IMG/VR virus record: IMGVR_UViG_3300048588_000476
Location: 1,845 to 65,844 of that record
DNA from: a virus
Taxonomy: Duplodnaviria > Caudoviricetes
Length of the DNA stretch: 64,000 bases
Direction: 5' to 3' (one strand)
In this document: positions 63,831 through 64,000 of the stretch, one piece after another
Position numbering within the stretch: the first letter of the stretch is position 1
Layout of the letters: each line of letters starts with the position of its first letter
Notes under the pieces: generated by a model
Seen by the model: the letters and a program-made list of their open reading frames with translations, nothing else
What the model was told of the DNA's origin: nothing
The model's database searches: none
Program-made: the position numbers and the translations under genes

Positions 63831-64000
63831 CCCCCGAAGGTCGAGTGAAGGCGAAGGTCAAGCGGGTGCTAGAGTGGTACCGAACCTACTACCACATGCC
63901 TGTGCAGAACGGTATGGGCAAGCCGTCGCTTGACTTCATTGGGTGCAGTAACGGGTTCTACTTTGGGGTCGAGACCAAGGCCCCGGGCGAGAAACCTACC
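63827..64000 (+). CDS. VRR-NUC domain nuclease (truncated by window end)
   Basis: MTPEGRVK...G.P.LDFIGC..G.YFGVETKAPG. Confidence 0.85.
   Translation, partial: MTPEGRVKAKVKRVLEWYRTYYHMPVQNGMGKPSLDFIGCSNGFYFGVETKAPGEKPT

Overview
The window looks like a nearly complete, circularly permuted, GC-rich tailed dsDNA phage genome with podovirus-type organisation. The embedded spanin pair points to a Gram-negative host. The + arm (1-12.7 kb) carries replication genes: family A DNA polymerase, HNH, Cas4-like exonuclease, SNF2 helicase, SSB-like protein and a primase/DUF927 helicase. The - arm (12.7-47.5 kb) carries, in transcription order, terS, intein-containing terL, portal, three carbohydrate-active proteins, scaffold, N4-gp56-type major capsid protein, tail and ejection proteins (one of 2369 aa) and a lysis cassette led by a PAS-domain membrane protein. 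The second + arm (47.7-64 kb) holds early genes. The standout feature is a tandem array of 31 short (59-89 aa) paralogous zinc-finger genes at 51.5-59.2 kb, mostly translationally coupled. They have hypervariable cores and a shared C-terminal hydrophobic helix, and they surround or precede a DUF3150-like gene, a MoxR-like AAA+ ATPase and a HExxH-metallopeptidase/vWA gene. A consensus sigma70 promoter and about 1.1 kb of hairpin-rich non-coding DNA lie upstream of the array. A 16-bp palindrome (GTTGATAGCTATCAAC, matching the FNR box TTGAT-N4-ATCAA) occurs 12 times and punctuates the array. Two 98-bp elements with mutually inverted interiors sit just upstream of terS and terL. I found no integrase, tRNA, CRISPR array or reverse transcriptase. 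All family assignments come from motif recognition by eye, not database searches.
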